The position numbers were made by a program, and so were the translations under genes. From a virus, in IMG/VR virus record IMGVR_UViG_3300037502_003770, positions 53,643 through 117,642 of that record: 64,000 bases of DNA; one strand, 5' to 3'. Below, in pieces: positions 38,091 through 47,956 of the stretch. The notes beneath the pieces are model-generated. The model saw only the letters and a list, made by a program, of their open reading frames with translations. It had not been told where the DNA came from and did not search any database. Positions within the stretch are counted from its first letter, which is position 1. Each line of letters begins with the position of its first letter.

Positions 38091-38096
38091 CATTTT

Positions 38097-38864
38097 ATGA
38101 AATTAGAACTTACAAAAGAACAAATTGAAAATATAAATAACGAATTATCAAATAAATATTATATATGGAGGGAACAAGGTATTGCGATACAACCTCAAGG
38201 TGTACCTTTACATGTAACTGAACCTGTTCTATATAATAGTTATATTACACATGGAGTAAGTGGTGGAAATTGTTGGAATAATAATAAATATCGGTTTGAT
38301 AATGGTAAGGACGATAGGAAAGAATTTATTACTATAAGGTTAGTTCTTTCTGAATTAAGAATTCACCATTCAATAATTGAACAAACTTATAGGGATATTG
38401 ATAGACTTTTAATTGAGAATGATGATTATTGTGATACTCATTATTATGGAAATTATGATAATTATACAGTTGAATATATACCACTTTCAAAATTACTTAA
38501 CTATTTACAAGGTTTTAGATTAGAAAATGATACTATTTCTTTTAATAAAAATAAAATTGATAATATTCTTACTGATTTAAGTATATTAAAAAAATCTTGT
38601 GTTAATATATTAAAAATATTTAATATTGAAACTAATGTGGATTTTATTAATCTAAATTTAGAACCTAATTTTACAAGTTATAATATTTATATTAATATAT
38701 TAGATGATAATGGTAATGTAGAAGCTGATGATATTATTAATATTACAGATGAACAAGGTTTTTTAAGAGTATATGATACAAGTGAACAAGAGAGTCATAT
38801 GATTCCAATAAGGTTTTTCTCAATGAATGAGAATGAAATAAAAAAAGAATTAAATCTTTTGTAA
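38097..38864 (+). CDS. hypothetical protein; C-terminal domain paralogous to 40257..40607
   Basis: LKKSCVNILKIFNIETNVDFINLNL...IPIRFFSMNENEIKKELNLL versus LKKRCSEIFKIFGIDINYNDFNLNI...IPLRFIYETDENIQKEIELF. Confidence 0.45.
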   Translation: MKLELTKEQIENINNELSNKYYIWREQGIAIQPQGVPLHVTEPVLYNSYITHGVSGGNCWNNNKYRFDNGKDDRKEFITIRLVLSELRIHHSIIEQTYRDIDRLLIENDDYCDTHYYGNYDNYTVEYIPLSKLLNYLQGFRLENDTISFNKNKIDNILTDLSILKKSCVNILKIFNIETNVDFINLNLEPNFTSYNIYINILDDNGNVEADDIINITDEQGFLRVYDTSEQESHMIPIRFFSMNENEIKKELNLL

Positions 38865-39100
38865 TGGAAATATTAATTATCAGAGATTGTATTTTTTATT
38901 ATGAAGTTAGTAAGTTCTGTTATGTATTTATACTATCAAGTGGTAATTATCTTTATAATAAAATTGTACAAACAGCTGATATGAAATTCATAATAAATTA
39001 TCCTCATGGGAATACTTTTTTCATTATAGATAAAAAATATTCACATTTTAACATAATAAATATAATCACTTTGTGCAACTACATAATCGTATGGAATTAA
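38864..39100 (+). CDS. FamA-short protein
   Basis: MEILIIRDCIFYYEVSK; ATGA overlap with the upstream stop. Confidence 0.4.
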   Translation: MEILIIRDCIFYYEVSKFCYVFILSSGNYLYNKIVQTADMKFIINYPHGNTFFIIDKKYSHFNIINIITLCNYIIVWN

Positions 39101-39841
39101 ATGAATATAGAATATAATAAAATATATAATCAAAGCTGTCTGGAAATATTAAAAGATATTCCTGACCAAGAAATAGATTTAGTAGTAACATCACCACCTT
39201 ATAATATGAATCTTCGTATTAGAGGTAATAAATATGTTAAAAGAAGTTATAAAGAAAAAGGCTTCTCTACAAAGTATGATGGTTTTAAAGATGATTTACC
39301 TATTGATGAATTTTATAATTTACATAAATCTATATTAACTGAATTATTAAGAACAAGTAAAATTATATTTTATAATATACAAATAGTTACAGGTTCTAAA
39401 AAAGCTTTTTTTAAATTAATAGGTGATTTTTCTGAACAATTAAAAGATATTATTGTTTGGGATAAAGGACATGGTCAACCGTCTATGTTGCCAGCTGTTT
39501 TGAATAGACAAAGTGAATTAATTTTAATATTTGATTCTACCAATGCAATAAGTAGACAATTTGATAAAGTTAACTTTAAAAGAGGAGAATTATCAGATAC
39601 TTGGAAAATTAATAGAGGAAAGAAAATTCTTAAAGAACATTCAGCCGTTTTTCCAGAAGAATTAGTTGAAAAAATAATATTAAATTTTAGTAATGAAAAT
39701 GATTTAATATATGACCCATTCTCAGGTACAGGAACTACTTGTTATGTTGCAAAAAAATTAAACAGAAGATTTTTAGGTACTGAAATAGTTAAAAAATATT
39801 TTGACTTCTCAAATGAAAGAATAAACCAACTTAATAAATAA
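39101..39841 (+). CDS. DNA methyltransferase, beta-class (N4-cytosine or N6-adenine)
   Basis: Motif IV VVTSPPYNM at the N-terminus and motif I DPFSGTGTT at the C-terminus (beta order); SPPY suggests N4C. Confidence 0.8.
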   Translation: MNIEYNKIYNQSCLEILKDIPDQEIDLVVTSPPYNMNLRIRGNKYVKRSYKEKGFSTKYDGFKDDLPIDEFYNLHKSILTELLRTSKIIFYNIQIVTGSKKAFFKLIGDFSEQLKDIIVWDKGHGQPSMLPAVLNRQSELILIFDSTNAISRQFDKVNFKRGELSDTWKINRGKKILKEHSAVFPEELVEKIILNFSNENDLIYDPFSGTGTTCYVAKKLNRRFLGTEIVKKYFDFSNERINQLNK

Positions 39842-39847
39842 ATAATT

Positions 39848-40282
39848 ATGCAAGACTTAATAACAACCATACAAAATTATAATTCTTTAAGAGAAAGAAT
39901 TATTCATATAAGTAAAAATCTTTTTAAAATACACAATATTAATTTAGAATATATCACAAATATTGAACATAGAAAAAGAGAGAATGATTTAGAATTACAA
40001 CCTTATTCAATATCAATTTATAAATTTAATACTTCAGAATATATTCATGTTACTTTTTTAGAAGATGAATATTATGGTGAAGGTAAAACCGAATCATATT
40101 TAAATATACCATTTAATTTTCTCACCTCTACTGATGAAGAAATTCTTTCTTTTATAGAAGAGGCTAAAGAAAAAGAAAGACAAAAGGAAGAAGAATATAG
40201 AAGTAAATTTCTAAAAGAAAACGAAATTAAACATAAAGAATATATTAAATCTGAATATGAAAAATACTTTAACAAACAATAA
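39848..40282 (+). CDS. hypothetical protein sharing the C-terminal IP-x-x-F motif with its neighbours
   Basis: YLNIPFNFLTSTDEEILSFIEE; glutamate-rich tail. Confidence 0.4.
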   Translation: MQDLITTIQNYNSLRERIIHISKNLFKIHNINLEYITNIEHRKRENDLELQPYSISIYKFNTSEYIHVTFLEDEYYGEGKTESYLNIPFNFLTSTDEEILSFIEEAKEKERQKEEEYRSKFLKENEIKHKEYIKSEYEKYFNKQ

Positions 40283-40607
40283 ACTTTCTTTACAAGAAAT
40301 TAAATCTTCTTTTGAAAATATATCTTTTTTAAAGAAAAGATGTTCTGAAATATTTAAAATTTTTGGTATAGATATTAATTATAATGATTTTAATTTAAAT
40401 ATTGTTAATCAAGCTTCTAATGTTAAAGTAGATTTTTCATATCATTTTCGCAAAAGAAAATATTCTTTCTTTGATAAAGATGGTTTTATTGAAGCCGAAT
40501 ATTATGTGGATTATGAAGAATTTAATATAATTAATATTCCTTTACGATTTATATATGAAACTGATGAGAATATACAAAAAGAAATAGAATTATTTAACAA
40601 AAAATAA
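40257..40607 (+). CDS. hypothetical protein, paralog of the 38097 C-terminal domain
   Basis: See 38097. Confidence 0.45.
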   Translation: MKNTLTNNKLSLQEIKSSFENISFLKKRCSEIFKIFGIDINYNDFNLNIVNQASNVKVDFSYHFRKRKYSFFDKDGFIEAEYYVDYEEFNIINIPLRFIYETDENIQKEIELFNKK

Positions 40608-40654
40608 ATCTTTTTATATTATAAGCATGTTCAATCCAAAAAAAACGTTTCAAA

Positions 40655-41251
40655 ATGTTAAAACCTAGAAGACCAAATAATTTATCGAAATTAAATAATA
40701 GTAATCAATCTAATGGTAAATATTTTAAACCTGAATCTAAAGGGAAACGTATAAATAACAAGTCCATACTTGATACACATCCTTTTATTCCGTTAAGAAA
40801 AGCTATATCAATATCTTTTTTTGATGTATCAACCAATTTAGGTCGTAATAATGGTATTGATGAAACTTTTGAAATTAAATCTATTAAACAAATAAAGAAA
40901 GATTATAAGGAAACTATATTAAAGTTTGTTAATATATTTCCTGAAACAAAAAATTTACCTAAAATAGAAGATTTAGAAAAAGAAATAGATATTTGGATTT
41001 CCCAAGTAACAAAACATTCAAAAGTAACAAAAGAAACTGATAGAATGTTTATTTCTTTTCTAAAAGAAGAAATTTTAAATGAAAAATCTTTTTCTTTTGA
41101 TGAGAAAGATTGTATTAAAATAATTGGTCCAGCTTATCTTATTCTAACAGAAATATTTAATCAAACATATGATTCTTTAAAAAATTTATATGCTATTAAA
41201 TATTTTGAATCTATAAAAGGTTCGATTCAAAACTTTAAAGACTTACGTTAA
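40655..41251 (+). CDS. hypothetical protein
   Basis: 198-aa ORF. Confidence 0.45.
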   Translation: MLKPRRPNNLSKLNNSNQSNGKYFKPESKGKRINNKSILDTHPFIPLRKAISISFFDVSTNLGRNNGIDETFEIKSIKQIKKDYKETILKFVNIFPETKNLPKIEDLEKEIDIWISQVTKHSKVTKETDRMFISFLKEEILNEKSFSFDEKDCIKIIGPAYLILTEIFNQTYDSLKNLYAIKYFESIKGSIQNFKDLR

Positions 41252-41304
41252 AAAATCATTTTCTCTTTAAAAAGAAATTATTTTAAAGGGAAGATTTAAC
41301 CTTT

Positions 41305-42042
41305 ATGAAACATTTTGAATCTTATTATAATTTTGGTAAATATCATCCCAATGTCGATGATAAACTTAATATAATCGAAAATAATTTAAATAAATGTCTT
41401 TACCATAGAGAACTATTATTTAAAGATAGTAGTATCATTTTTAATTTAAAATATGTTTTAAAAAGATATTACTGTAACCCAAATAGATATTATCATAATT
41501 TAAATCATATTATATTTATGACTTCAATGTTTTTTGATTTAAAAGAATATAAAAAAATCAATGATAATGAAAAATATTCTATTTTACTATCTATTTTGTT
41601 TCATGATATTGTATATGATATTAAATCAAGTACAAACGAAGAAGATTCTGTTGAAATCTTTTTATTATATTATAATTCATTAAGTACTATCGTACAAAAA
41701 CAAATAGATAAAGATTTAATAATAAATTTAATTTTAGTAACAAAAAATAGAACTTTAAAAAAAGGTGTTTCTTTACCTTATAAAATTATACATCGTTTAG
41801 ATAATGCCATAATTAGAGAAAATAAAAATACAGATATTCTTTTAGAATATGAAACAAATATTAAAGAAGAATATCTTCAATATTATTCTTTTGATGAATA
41901 TTATTTAGGTAGAAAGAAATTCTTACTCAAAGAAATAGAAATCTCTGGAAATCAATCTCTTAATGTAATATTAGAAAATTTAAATATAAATTATATTAAT
42001 GAATTAAGTCATCAAATAATTACTAAAAATTTTAAAAGTTAA
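41305..42042 (+). CDS. possible HD-domain phosphohydrolase-like protein
   Basis: YHNLNHIIF ... LSILFHDIVYD (H...HD pattern). Confidence 0.35.
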   Translation: MKHFESYYNFGKYHPNVDDKLNIIENNLNKCLYHRELLFKDSSIIFNLKYVLKRYYCNPNRYYHNLNHIIFMTSMFFDLKEYKKINDNEKYSILLSILFHDIVYDIKSSTNEEDSVEIFLLYYNSLSTIVQKQIDKDLIINLILVTKNRTLKKGVSLPYKIIHRLDNAIIRENKNTDILLEYETNIKEEYLQYYSFDEYYLGRKKFLLKEIEISGNQSLNVILENLNINYINELSHQIITKNFKS

Positions 42043-42046
42043 AATT

Positions 42047-42193
42047 ATGTACGTACAAGGATGGAAGCAACCTGTTTATTCAGTTATAAATAAAAAATTA
42101 ATTTGGACTAAAGACAAACGTAGAACCTATGAAAATTGGGAACGTGAGTTTTATATAAATCAAAGATATTTAATACAACTTATTAGATTATAA
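42047..42193 (+). CDS. possible small protein (48 aa), not in the ORF track
   Basis: MYVQGWKQPVYSVINKKLIWTKDKRRTYENWEREFYINQRYLIQLIRL. Confidence 0.25.
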   Translation: MYVQGWKQPVYSVINKKLIWTKDKRRTYENWEREFYINQRYLIQLIRL

Positions 42194-42248
42194 TTTCTTT
42201 TAACAAAAAAGAATTATTTCCTTAATATAATAAAACCCTTCTAAAAAT

Positions 42249-43301
42249 ATGAGTACTTTTAAAGTATCAAAAGAAATAATTGAAATTTTCCCACATCCAA
42301 ATGCTGATAGTTTAGAAATTGGTAAAGTAGGAACTAGACAAGTGGTAGTTCAAAAAGGTTTATACCAAACAGGTAATGAGGTTATATTTGCACCAAGCAA
42401 ATCAGTTTTACCTGAAGGGAGAATTAAAACTGAATTTAAAGATTATCTTGTTGGTGATAATAAAGATAGAGTATCATCTATTCATTTAAGAAATGAACTT
42501 TCTGACGGAATTATTATCCCAAAAGAATTAATTGATTTTGATTTAGATACTGTTTCTATTGGTGAAGATATTTCTCAGAGATTAGGAATATATAAATATG
42601 AAAAAAAGATTCCCGAAGAGCTTCTTCCTTTTGTAAAAAATATTGATTTTCCAAATTATTACAAACACGATTGTGAACAATTTAGAATTTATTCATCTCA
42701 ATTAGCAGACGATGAACAAATTTCAATAGAAGAAAAAATACATGGTACACAAGTTACAGCTTTTTATGACTTTGATGTAGAAGATGGGTTTGTTTCAAGT
42801 AAAGGTTTACTTGATGATGGATTCTGTTTTATTAAGTCTGAAGGTTTTCAATTTGATTATATTAAGGCTGTTAATAATACTGGGATATTTGAATTAATTA
42901 AAAAACATTTTTCTACAGGACAAGTTCAAGTCTTTGGAGAAGGTATTCCAGTATTTAGTGGTTTTAATTATGGTTTAAATTCTGATACTAAAAGAGTTTT
43001 ACTGTTTGATGTTTTTCATAATGGAAAAAGAATTCCTTATAATGATTTACATCAAGATTTTAAAGATATTTGGGTTCCTGTTTTCTACATTGGAAAAATT
43101 AAATTTGATGAGGAAAGAAATCTTTCCAAAGAATTAGTAGATTTTCGTTCAGGAAAAGAAACAGTTTCAGGAAAATCTTTACATATTAAAGAAGGTATTG
43201 TGATTAGAACAATCGAATACAAAAGAGCTTTCGATAACACAAAACTTATTCTTAAATTAATAAATCCAAAGTATAAAGAAAGCGGAGAAGAAACTAACTA
43301 A
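42249..43301 (+). CDS. RNA ligase (Rnl2-like) with N-terminal tRNA-binding OB-fold domain
   Basis: N-terminal IEIFPHPNADSLEIGKVGTRQVVVQKG matches the tRNA-binding (Myf/EMAP-type) domain; EEKIHGTQV matches Rnl2 nucleotidyltransferase motif I (KIHGT). Confidence 0.6.
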   Translation: MSTFKVSKEIIEIFPHPNADSLEIGKVGTRQVVVQKGLYQTGNEVIFAPSKSVLPEGRIKTEFKDYLVGDNKDRVSSIHLRNELSDGIIIPKELIDFDLDTVSIGEDISQRLGIYKYEKKIPEELLPFVKNIDFPNYYKHDCEQFRIYSSQLADDEQISIEEKIHGTQVTAFYDFDVEDGFVSSKGLLDDGFCFIKSEGFQFDYIKAVNNTGIFELIKKHFSTGQVQVFGEGIPVFSGFNYGLNSDTKRVLLFDVFHNGKRIPYNDLHQDFKDIWVPVFYIGKIKFDEERNLSKELVDFRSGKETVSGKSLHIKEGIVIRTIEYKRAFDNTKLILKLINPKYKESGEETN

Positions 43302-43341
43302 AAAAATATTAGAAAATTTAAGCGTGAAAACTGATTTTTAA

Positions 43342-43372
43342 AACCTATTTTCTTTGAGGATAGGTTTTTCTT
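43342..43372 (+). terminator. intrinsic terminator
   Basis: aacctat/ataggtt stem followed by a T-run. Confidence 0.5.
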
Positions 43373-43427
43373 TTAACAAAAGTTTACTTTTAAAGTAATA
43401 TTAATACAAACTAATTTTATTTCCTTT

Positions 43428-44393
43428 ATGAAAAACCCTTTCTTAGATAAACTTTCTTCTGAAAAAAATTCTTTTATATTAGATAATTTAAAATCTAAAT
43501 TAAAAGAATTAAATATTTCTCATAAGGAGTTGGCTACTAGAATGGGTTACGAAAATCCTAAAAATTTATACCCTAAACTTAGAGGTGAGACTTTATTAAA
43601 TGTAAAAGATATAACAGCTTTTAATATGGTTTTACCTAAAAAAGATAAACTTCTTTTAAATGAAGGTTATTCTTTAGAAAATGATTCTTTTTTTCATAAT
43701 ATTGAAAAGAATATATGTAAAGAAATTCAAAGATTTTTTATTTCACAGTTAAATAATCAAAATGAAATAAGTTTTTATTTTGTAAATTATCTTGATTTAA
43801 GACATTGGGATTCCACCGAAGGACCGCAACCTAATATTAAATTTATATTTAAAAATCCTAAAAATAATAAACTTTATTATATTAAAGAAAGTTATCGTGA
43901 TTATAAAGATGAACCTATTCAGGTAGATGAATTTACAATTGGTTTAATTGAAAAGAATTACGATATATTCTTTAAATATTGTAAAGATAATACAAATAAA
44001 GAAAGGTCAGCTCACTATTGGAATAGTAAAGGTGAACCAGTAGAAAAGAAATATGAAGATAAATCAGTTGTTTCAGAATATTGTTTTGAATATTTTAAAG
44101 ACAATATTGATAAAACAAGAAAGATAAATCTTTTAATAGAAGGAAATTCTTCGTATGATTTTGAATTTTATCAGCACATACTCTTCAATACAGAAGAAGG
44201 TGAAGATTATTTTGAATCTCGAAAAAAACATGGTTATTCAACAGACTATGATGAACTATTAAGTTGTTATTTAATTGCAAAAGATTTTGTTGATGAATTT
44301 AACCCAAGAGCAAAGAATAAAAATCTTTTCTTAAAAGAGTATGAATTTTACACAGTAAAAAACATTCTTAAAAAAGAAAAAACTTTAGAATAA
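43428..44393 (+). CDS. putative HTH (XRE-like) domain protein
   Basis: ISHKELATRMGYENPKNLYPKLRGE looks helix-turn-helix-like; the rest is unknown. Confidence 0.4.
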   Translation: MKNPFLDKLSSEKNSFILDNLKSKLKELNISHKELATRMGYENPKNLYPKLRGETLLNVKDITAFNMVLPKKDKLLLNEGYSLENDSFFHNIEKNICKEIQRFFISQLNNQNEISFYFVNYLDLRHWDSTEGPQPNIKFIFKNPKNNKLYYIKESYRDYKDEPIQVDEFTIGLIEKNYDIFFKYCKDNTNKERSAHYWNSKGEPVEKKYEDKSVVSEYCFEYFKDNIDKTRKINLLIEGNSSYDFEFYQHILFNTEEGEDYFESRKKHGYSTDYDELLSCYLIAKDFVDEFNPRAKNKNLFLKEYEFYTVKNILKKEKTLE

Positions 44394-44468
44394 AAAGAAT
44401 TTTTAACAAAATATATTTCTTTTAGTATTATAACCACAATTAATGTTCAACTTAAATTTCTAATAAAA

Positions 44469-45152
44469 ATGTTTCAACCTAAAACAACATCATTCCAAAA
44501 AAATTCTAATCCTTCAAAAGAAAGAATTTATTCAGTACCAGTTTCTTACCTTAAAGAAGGTAGCAACATCATTTTAAAACCTTATATGTTTGAAAGAGGT
44601 TGCGATGGTAATAATGTTACAATTGTTTGTGATGGTAATGGTAATCAAAAACCTTTGATTCCATCAAATATTTCACCTACTGTAGAAAATGGTTTTATCA
44701 GAGCCAAAGTAGGTGTAAGACAAGGTGATTTAGTTATCAATGCTGTAATAACAGAAGATAATGAGACTAAAATATTTATTACTAGAATTACTGATATTAA
44801 TATTAGTACATTAGATTCACAACCTAAAGCTAATATTAAAACAAAATTATTAGCTAAATGGTCTAAGAATTTTGAAACAAATAAATATTCTTGGTTTTGT
44901 TCAAAAAGAACAATTGACCCTCAATTTGCAAATGCTATTATTGCAGCAGTAGCAGCCCTAGAAGCTAACCAACTTAACGTGCCTATATTCGTTATAGATA
45001 ACCAAGGTTTGATGCTCACACCATGCTCACAAGGTGTTATTACAAAAGAAACAGAAGATAATCTATATAATAGATATATTCAACCATTTCTTTCAAAAGA
45101 AGAAGATTTTATTGAAGAAGATACAAATTCTTCAGTAATTAAAAACTATTAA
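44469..45152 (+). CDS. hypothetical protein
   Basis: 227-aa ORF. Confidence 0.45.
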   Translation: MFQPKTTSFQKNSNPSKERIYSVPVSYLKEGSNIILKPYMFERGCDGNNVTIVCDGNGNQKPLIPSNISPTVENGFIRAKVGVRQGDLVINAVITEDNETKIFITRITDINISTLDSQPKANIKTKLLAKWSKNFETNKYSWFCSKRTIDPQFANAIIAAVAALEANQLNVPIFVIDNQGLMLTPCSQGVITKETEDNLYNRYIQPFLSKEEDFIEEDTNSSVIKNY

Positions 45153-45247
45153 TAATTAACTTTCCTTCACAGACAAATCCCCTTTCTAAAAGAATAGTAC
45201 CCTTTTTAGGGTGTTGAAATTTTCTAAAAGAATATTTATTTTTAAGG

Positions 45248-45320
45248 AAAGGGAATTTTTTTAAGACTTCTTTTTTAACAGAAAGAAGTCTTTTTTGTAT
45301 TATAATTAAACCTTTAAAAA
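45248..45320 (+). promoter_or_regulatory. TPC cassette (terminator hairpin + promoter-like block)
   Basis: aagacttcttt-tttaacag-aaagaagtctt perfect 11-bp stem at 45263-45292, then a T-run and ttgtattataat. Confidence 0.6.
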
Positions 45321-45335
45321 AATCTTTTCTTTAAT

Positions 45336-45731
45336 ATGTCAGCATTTGAAATATTCTCAATCTTTACATCTATTATAATAACAAGTTGCTTTTTAGTTAC
45401 TTGGAATATTATTAATTATTGTAAGAATTTTGTTGATAAATATAATAAAGATTACAATAATCTTGTAGATGATTATAATTCTTTACTTAAAGAACATAAA
45501 CAAAATATTGAAGACTATAATTTTCTTTTAAATGATGTAAATGAAAACCATATATTTAAATATAATATGATGGTTGATAAATATAATGATTTATTACTTG
45601 AAACAAAACTTCTTAAAGAAGAACCTAAAGAAGTACATTTAAATTTTTTACTTGAGAAAGTTTCTTTATTAGGAGAAGAATCTTTAACTGAAAAACAAAA
45701 ATTATATTTAAAAAAGTTTTCTTTAAAATGA
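45336..45731 (+). CDS. membrane-anchored hypothetical protein with DYNxL repeats
   Basis: N-terminal TM; repeated KDYNNL/DDYNSL/EDYNFL/DKYNDL. Confidence 0.45.
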   Translation: MSAFEIFSIFTSIIITSCFLVTWNIINYCKNFVDKYNKDYNNLVDDYNSLLKEHKQNIEDYNFLLNDVNENHIFKYNMMVDKYNDLLLETKLLKEEPKEVHLNFLLEKVSLLGEESLTEKQKLYLKKFSLK

Positions 45732-45982
45732 TACAAATTTTTAATAATAATTTTATTTACTATGAAAGTAGTAATTTTAAAAAATGTTTAAATTTTTATT
45801 TAGGTAATCTTATTTTTATAGATACAGGATTATTATATAATAAAAGTTTTATTTATGAAGTATATAAACTTTTAGATTTAAAATATATATTAAAAGATTT
45901 AAACTATAAACATAAAAGTAGAATTAAGACATTTACTCAATATTGTTATAATTTTAATAACGATAATAAACCTTATTTATGA
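45728..45982 (+). CDS. FamA-short protein (second array)
   Basis: MIQIFNNNFIYYESSN; ATGA overlap. Confidence 0.5.
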   Translation: MIQIFNNNFIYYESSNFKKCLNFYLGNLIFIDTGLLYNKSFIYEVYKLLDLKYILKDLNYKHKSRIKTFTQYCYNFNNDNKPYL

Positions 45983-46245
45983 GAATAAAAATATTTAATA
46001 ATAATCTTTTTTATTTTGAATTAAATTCTAATAATAAAGATTACTACTATTCAAATATAAAAATTATTGATATTGGTTTTCTTTTAAATAAAGAATTTTT
46101 ATTTGAACTTTATCAAGTTATAAGAAGCGATTCTTCTATTCAATTAACAACTTTTAATATTCATTATTTATATGATAAATGTAGATTTTTTATTGATTTT
46201 AATTTAGAATATAATTTAAATGATAACCCATACCTTTATTTATGA
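45979..46245 (+). CDS. FamA-short protein
   Basis: MRIKIFNNNLFYFELNS. Confidence 0.5.
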   Translation: MRIKIFNNNLFYFELNSNNKDYYYSNIKIIDIGFLLNKEFLFELYQVIRSDSSIQLTTFNIHYLYDKCRFFIDFNLEYNLNDNPYLYL

Positions 46246-46535
46246 AAATTTTTATCTTTAAAGAAAACTTGTTTTATTGTGAGTGTTATACCCCTTTTAG
46301 ATTTGGTAGTCATATTATATTTTTATATATAAATTCTTATTTTATTGAAACAAATGATTTAAATATAGTGTATCATTTTGATAATACTTTTGAATATTCA
46401 ATACGTTTTAATTTAAAACCTTTTGACAAAACAAATGATAATATAAATCAGTTATTTCTTATTTTAAAATATGCTTCTAAAAGTAGAAGTGTAATTTTTT
46501 CAAAAAAAGAATCTTATTATTACAAAACGAAATGA
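46242..46535 (+). CDS. FamA-short protein
   Basis: MKIFIFKENLFYCECY. Confidence 0.5.
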   Translation: MKIFIFKENLFYCECYTPFRFGSHIIFLYINSYFIETNDLNIVYHFDNTFEYSIRFNLKPFDKTNDNINQLFLILKYASKSRSVIFSKKESYYYKTK

Positions 46536-46825
46536 GAATATTAATCTTTAATAACTATATGTATTATTTTGAATTTTTTCATACGCACAGTACATATTAC
46601 AAAAATCCATTATATTTATATATAAATTCTTATTTTCTTGAGACAAGTAATATTGATATTTATTATTATCTAGTAAAATATTTTGAATATAGTATTGTAT
46701 TTTTTAGATATAAAAAATCACTTGAAAATATAAAAGATTTATTTTTAAAATTAAAATTTGAATATAATACTTTTGAATCCATACCTTTCTTTTATAAAAA
46801 ACGAAATGAAAATATTAATCTTTAA
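46532..46825 (+). CDS. FamA-short protein (stop lost; reads past the next start)
   Basis: MRILIFNNYMYYFEFF...PFFYKKRNENINL. Confidence 0.45.
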   Translation: MRILIFNNYMYYFEFFHTHSTYYKNPLYLYINSYFLETSNIDIYYYLVKYFEYSIVFFRYKKSLENIKDLFLKLKFEYNTFESIPFFYKKRNENINL

Positions 46826-47099
46826 TAACAATTTGTTTTATTTAGAAAATGATTTTCAATTCTATGAAACATTCTTATTGATAAATTCTAAAATAATTGA
46901 AACTAACAAGCTTATAACAATATTTTTATTTGTTAAACGAGATAATAAGAATTTACAAACAGTATATAATTTTTGTAATATATCTTTAAATGTATTGTAT
47001 GAAGTTGCAATGGAATATTACAAAATTAATGTTTTAAATAAACCTTTAACTTCAAGTGGTATAGCTTATAAACCTTTCTTTTATAAAAAACGAACATGA
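46806..47099 (+). CDS. FamA-short protein
   Basis: ORF track 46758..47099; motif MKILIFNNNLFYLEND from ATG 46806; C-terminus KPFFYKKRT; stop overlaps the pth ATG (ATGA). Confidence 0.5.
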   Translation: MKILIFNNNLFYLENDFQFYETFLLINSKIIETNKLITIFLFVKRDNKNLQTVYNFCNISLNVLYEVAMEYYKINVLNKPLTSSGIAYKPFFYKKRT

Positions 47100-47635
47100 A
47101 CACTAACAAATACTTAATAGTTGGGTTGGGCAATCCTGAAGATAAACATAGATTCAATAGACATAATATTGGATATAGAGTTGCTGATAAGTTTGCAAAA
47201 CATTATCAAGGAAAAGAATTTAAACATTACAGTAAAAACTCTTTACTTTCAAAAGTAAATTTTTCTGATAAGGAAATATATGTTTTAAAACCATTAACTT
47301 ATATGAACTTATCAGGTCTTGCAGTAAAAGAAATTATTAAAGATTTTGATATTCCTTTAGAAAATGTTTTAATTATAACAGATGATATTTCTTTAGATTT
47401 TGGTAAACTAAGATTAAGAAATAAAGGAAGTGCTGGTGGTCACAATGGTTTAAAAAACATTGAAAAAGAATTACAAACTGATGAGTATTCTCGTCTTAAA
47501 ATAGGTATTGGTTCAGACTTTAAAAAAGGTGAACTAATTGATTTTGTACTAGGTAATTTTACAATGGAAGAAGAACTTGGTTTATCTTTAATTCATCTTG
47601 AATCTTTTAAAATAATTGAAAACTTTATTAACTAA
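47096..47635 (+). CDS. pth: peptidyl-tRNA hydrolase
   Basis: LIVGLGNPEDKHRFNRHNIGYRV, LTYMNLSG, GHNGLKNI are Pth signatures. Confidence 0.9.
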   Translation: MNTNKYLIVGLGNPEDKHRFNRHNIGYRVADKFAKHYQGKEFKHYSKNSLLSKVNFSDKEIYVLKPLTYMNLSGLAVKEIIKDFDIPLENVLIITDDISLDFGKLRLRNKGSAGGHNGLKNIEKELQTDEYSRLKIGIGSDFKKGELIDFVLGNFTMEEELGLSLIHLESFKIIENFIN

Positions 47636-47906
47636 AAATATGTATATAATCACTTCTTATTACTTTTCAATATTATTAGTTCTATTCATAATAGTAACTG
47701 TTTTATTTAAACCTTCTTTATTTAAAAGGTTTATTATATTGTACTTTAAATTGTTTGGTATTGATTATTATGATAATTATTATGATTTTGAAAAATTTTT
47801 TATATGGATAGCTTTAGTACTTTTCATATTATTACCTTTTATTGCAATACCATTAATATTACTTATTTTATTTATTGGAAGAATAATTAAAATATTAAAA
47901 AATTAA
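47616..47906 (+). CDS. small membrane protein (2-3 TM)
   Basis: Hydrophobic 96-aa ORF. Confidence 0.4.
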   Translation: MKTLLTKNMYIITSYYFSILLVLFIIVTVLFKPSLFKRFIILYFKLFGIDYYDNYYDFEKFFIWIALVLFILLPFIAIPLILLILFIGRIIKILKN

Positions 47907-47956
47907 CTTTCTTTAAGAAAAAATATATTATTAAAAGAAACTAAACTTTAAAAGAA

